DNA of 63,929 bases, filler included. It is 7 parts of 7 records of this genome, joined end to end, with 100 filler letters (N's around TTAATTAATTAA, not from the genome) between each part and the next. Parts side by side here need not be neighbours in the genome. Positions count along the whole stretch, not along the records: positions 55,726 to 63,929 come from SRR2962707_4226; 6 more parts are not named here. The stretch is one strand, 5' to 3'. The translations under genes and the position numbers were made by a program. Below the pieces are notes generated by a model. The model was not told the origin of the DNA. It saw only the letters and a list, made by a program, of their open reading frames with translations, and made no database searches. Shown in pieces: positions 61,262 through 63,929 of the stretch (position 1 is the stretch's first letter; the number at the start of each line of letters is the position of its first letter).

Positions 61262-61948
61262 TCAGTCCGCGTAAGGACCGAACGCCGGCAGTTGGCTTTT
61301 TTTGACCTTTTCCATCCCGGCGCCTTTCGGCAGGATGGCGTGGAATTTCTTATCACGGTCGATGATGTAGATCGGCCGCTTCCAGCGTGAGAAAACCCGC
61401 CGCATGGTCGCGGAGTAATCCTTGAAGACATCGAATTCGTCGGGCTTGTTTTCGAACAGGTGTTCGTAAACATCGTGGAATTCCGTAATGAATTCCTGTG
61501 TAACCTTTTTCATGTTGCTGATCACCCAACAGCGGTCCTCGAAGGTCCAGTAGGTGGCCATGCCGATGAAGTCGCCTTCCTTGGTGATGTACGGGAAGAA
61601 CGGGAACGCCCGGCAACTGAGTGAGCGGTTATCACGCTCGCAGAACTGCGCGCCCTTGCATTCCGCGGCCACACAATCGTGATGCAGGGACTCTACAAGT
61701 TCTTCGCCGTGTTCGTTGGGCGGGCGGTATTTGCGCCACAAGTCCGAACGTGAACGCAAAAGCTTGAATTCGCTCTTGTCCATGATCGGCACGGCCTGCT
61801 CGACATCGCAGCAGACCGGAATGCCGCCGTTCAGATGGCGGCACTTTTCGCCGCAGTCCAGCGGCACGACGTTGGCCGTGAAATTCTTGAAGATACGTTT
61901 GTAGACTTTTTTCAATGACCGTTCCCGTCTGCGTGAATCAAAACCCAC
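61262..61948 (-). CDS. Hypothetical Cys-cluster protein (YkgJ/CxxCxxCC-like metal-binding)
   Basis: DCGEKC...VCCD and C..ECKG.QFC..DNRSLSCRAFPF (R..CR.FP ending). Confidence 0.8.
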   Translation of the reverse strand: MGFDSRRRERSLKKVYKRIFKNFTANVVPLDCGEKCRHLNGGIPVCCDVEQAVPIMDKSEFKLLRSRSDLWRKYRPPNEHGEELVESLHHDCVAAECKGAQFCERDNRSLSCRAFPFFPYITKEGDFIGMATYWTFEDRCWVISNMKKVTQEFITEFHDVYEHLFENKPDEFDVFKDYSATMRRVFSRWKRPIYIIDRDKKFHAILPKGAGMEKVKKSQLPAFGPYAD

Positions 61949-61993
61949 CTTAGCAAATCAGAACGGTACGGAAATCATCAAACTTTTATGACG

Positions 61994-62983
61994 TCAGGCC
62001 AGTGCTTCATCCGACATGGGGAAGCGGATATGACGTTGGCCGACAACGGGCGCCCTGAGACGCTGGGTCCAGTGTACGCCGGGCCAGCGGTATTCTGCGA
62101 TGCCGCGCTTGGGCCAGTAGACCGCGGTATAAACCGTGCCGAACCCGCGCCCGAAAGCCGTCGAATACAGCGGGGGTTTCTGGAAAGCACCGATGAACCG
62201 GTCCGCAGGTTCATCGTGCAACGTCAGCCGCTGGAGCAGGAAGCGCTCCCGCTCGACCGTTGCCGTTGCGCGGGCGTGGCGATGCCACTCAACCCGCTCC
62301 TGATGGTTTGTGGCGACACGCTGATCTGTCACCAGCGCCTTGCGGTCCGGTGCCAGATAAACGGTTGCGTACTTGCCCTGCTTGTCGACCACGGTGACGT
62401 TATAGGTCATGTGACAGGGAATGCGCTTCAGGGCTTCGACGGCCTCTGCGGCCGTATCGCAGAATTCAAGAATGTATCTGAGCAGGATCGGCACACCGAA
62501 GCCGTCACCGACGATGGTGCGTCCACCGAATGTCAAAGATACGGCCAGTCCGCGGTCATTGATGCCGTCGACAAGCCCGAACAGGCCGTCGGACATGCCC
62601 ATGACCCAGCGGTCATGCCATTTGGTGTGCATGATCAGGCCGTCACAGAGGGCGGGGGCATAATCGTAGTTGCGCACAAGCATCGGCTCATTGCCGGGCC
62701 AGATCGCCTGTGAGCAGCCGGACAGATAGGCCGGCGGGCAATAGAAGCTGAGAAAACGTGCCGACAGGTCGTCCCCGCCTGCGAGCTCGCAGAGATGCTC
62801 GTACATCGGCAGCATCTCGGGCATGTATTTCTTAAAGGCCCGATAGCCCGCCAGATAGGTCTGGCGGGCTTCGATGCCGTCGGACATGAACCATTTCTGA
62901 TAGGCAGGCCAAAGCGTCTGAAACAAGGACTGCCACTTGGGGCCAGCCTTGGCTTCGCTTACCGTTTCGAAAACTAAATCCAT
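61994..62983 (-). CDS. Peptidase C45 family Ntn-hydrolase / acyltransferase
   Basis: G|CSQA (putative nucleophile Cys90), RNYDY, DGINDRGLAV and ATNHQ; GAGGA RBS. Confidence 0.88.
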   Translation of the reverse strand: MDLVFETVSEAKAGPKWQSLFQTLWPAYQKWFMSDGIEARQTYLAGYRAFKKYMPEMLPMYEHLCELAGGDDLSARFLSFYCPPAYLSGCSQAIWPGNEPMLVRNYDYAPALCDGLIMHTKWHDRWVMGMSDGLFGLVDGINDRGLAVSLTFGGRTIVGDGFGVPILLRYILEFCDTAAEAVEALKRIPCHMTYNVTVVDKQGKYATVYLAPDRKALVTDQRVATNHQERVEWHRHARATATVERERFLLQRLTLHDEPADRFIGAFQKPPLYSTAFGRGFGTVYTAVYWPKRGIAEYRWPGVHWTQRLRAPVVGQRHIRFPMSDEALA

Positions 62984-63014
62984 GCGTCCTCGTTACGCCC
63001 AATCAGGGCAGGGG

Positions 63015-63929
63015 TCAAAGAATCTTGAACGCCGGGTCCGACATTTCCACGGCCTGAGCCTTGGGCAGCGGTTTGGCTTTGTAGTTGTTCTTGATCCCGT
63101 TGATCCATTGCTTGGCGCGTTTGGTCAGGCGGAACTTGTCGTCCATGGCCCGGCCGCGGGTAATCAGGATGCCGAGATCGGCGCCCTCGTAACGGTAATC
63201 ATCCTTGTCGGAAATCCGTAGGAAGAAGGCCTCCTGTTCGCTTTCCACCGCGCGGCGGTGATAGTCGAAGCGGTCAAAGCTGACAGTACCGTCCTTGGCC
63301 AGTTTCCAGATGCCGGATTCCGGTGCCTCGGTGATGATGTCGACGTTGTCTTCGGTATGCTTGATGACCATCTGGCACCAGCCGTCGATGTTGTCGGCGT
63401 CGGCCCAGCGGTTGTTCAGCTCCTGCACGTCGATATCGAACGGCACGCCCGAGAACTCAAGCAGGTGGAACAGGAACAGCGGCGCATCGGCGTGGGCGAA
63501 TGCCGCGTGGTTGGTCATCGAGCTGGCGCCCGTCACACGCGGGTTGCACTCGCCGAGATAGATGTTGCCGTCGTTCTGGTCGATCAGGAAGTCGAGTTCG
63601 AAATAACCCCGGTAGCCTTCCTTGACCAGCTGGTTCCCGAATTTGAAGGTGTATTCACGGGCCTTCTTGCGGATTTTTTCATCGAAGGCTTCGGGGAAGA
63701 TTTCGTTGCCGCACCAGCCGCCGCGATAGGGCGTCAGTTCCTTGAAGCCGACCAGTTCGGTCATCAGCGGACCGACGATGGTACCTTTCGACGTTGCGCA
63801 GGCTTCGATGGCTGAACCGCGGCAGTTGATCCGCTTCATCACCTTGATTTCGCCCTGGCCGACGATGTCGTGCTCGTAACGGCGATAGTCTTTTTCGCTC
63901 TTGATGAAGAACGTGGTGTGACCGCTGTC
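63015..63929 (-). CDS. ATP-grasp protein (often annotated biotin carboxylase-like), C-terminal part; 5' end lies beyond the window
   Basis: The frame is open from the window end (DSGHTTFFI...KVMKRI). GGWCGNE and GYRGYFELDFL...YLGECNPRVTG (ExNPR) ATP-grasp motifs. Confidence 0.88.
   Translation of the reverse strand, partial: DSGHTTFFIKSEKDYRRYEHDIVGQGEIKVMKRINCRGSAIEACATSKGTIVGPLMTELVGFKELTPYRGGWCGNEIFPEAFDEKIRKKAREYTFKFGNQLVKEGYRGYFELDFLIDQNDGNIYLGECNPRVTGASSMTNHAAFAHADAPLFLFHLLEFSGVPFDIDVQELNNRWADADNIDGWCQMVIKHTEDNVDIITEAPESGIWKLAKDGTVSFDRFDYHRRAVESEQEAFFLRISDKDDYRYEGADLGILITRGRAMDDKFRLTKRAKQWINGIKNNYKAKPLPKAQAVEMSDPAFKIL

Overview
This window is not one locus. It is seven unrelated contigs, probably from a marine metagenome, joined by artificial 100-nt linkers (44 N + TTAATTAATTAA + 44 N). 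(1) 1-6351, Rhodobacteraceae-like: the ycgN-ribF-maoC-HAD-ppaC block, interrupted by a WYL regulator and an orphan histidine kinase. (2) 6452-22803, alphaproteobacterial: SulP, EmrB/MarR/EmrA efflux genes, an aldehyde dehydrogenase, a LysR-associated operon (allophanate hydrolase, peptide-type ABC importer, biuret hydrolase, cupin) and a small SET-domain gene. (3) 22904-28141, eukaryotic: a GOLD + WW + 4x EF-hand-module protein converging on a spliced M14 carboxypeptidase whose exons I rebuilt by hand. (4) 28242-35085, alphaproteobacterial (Thalassospira-like): AlkB-family dioxygenase and a tripartite RND pump. (5) 35186-48448, gammaproteobacterial: nfuA to nhaB/thrH core region with an IscR box, REP elements and a MITE-like hairpin. 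(6) 48549-55625, Marinobacter-like: argF, grxD, TonB-C protein, DUF1631, CorC-family, ypjD. (7) 55726-63929, alphaproteobacterial: two-subunit Fe-S hydro-lyase, sdaA, SDR, a DoeD-like aminotransferase and an ATP-grasp + C45 Ntn-hydrolase + Cys-cluster operon. The best candidates for something undescribed are the biuret/allophanate operon with its coupled cupin, the ATP-grasp/C45/Cys-cluster operon, and the eukaryotic GOLD-WW-EF protein. No CRISPR array, rRNA, tRNA or transposase was found. Family and taxon calls come from motif recognition and recall; no database searches were run.
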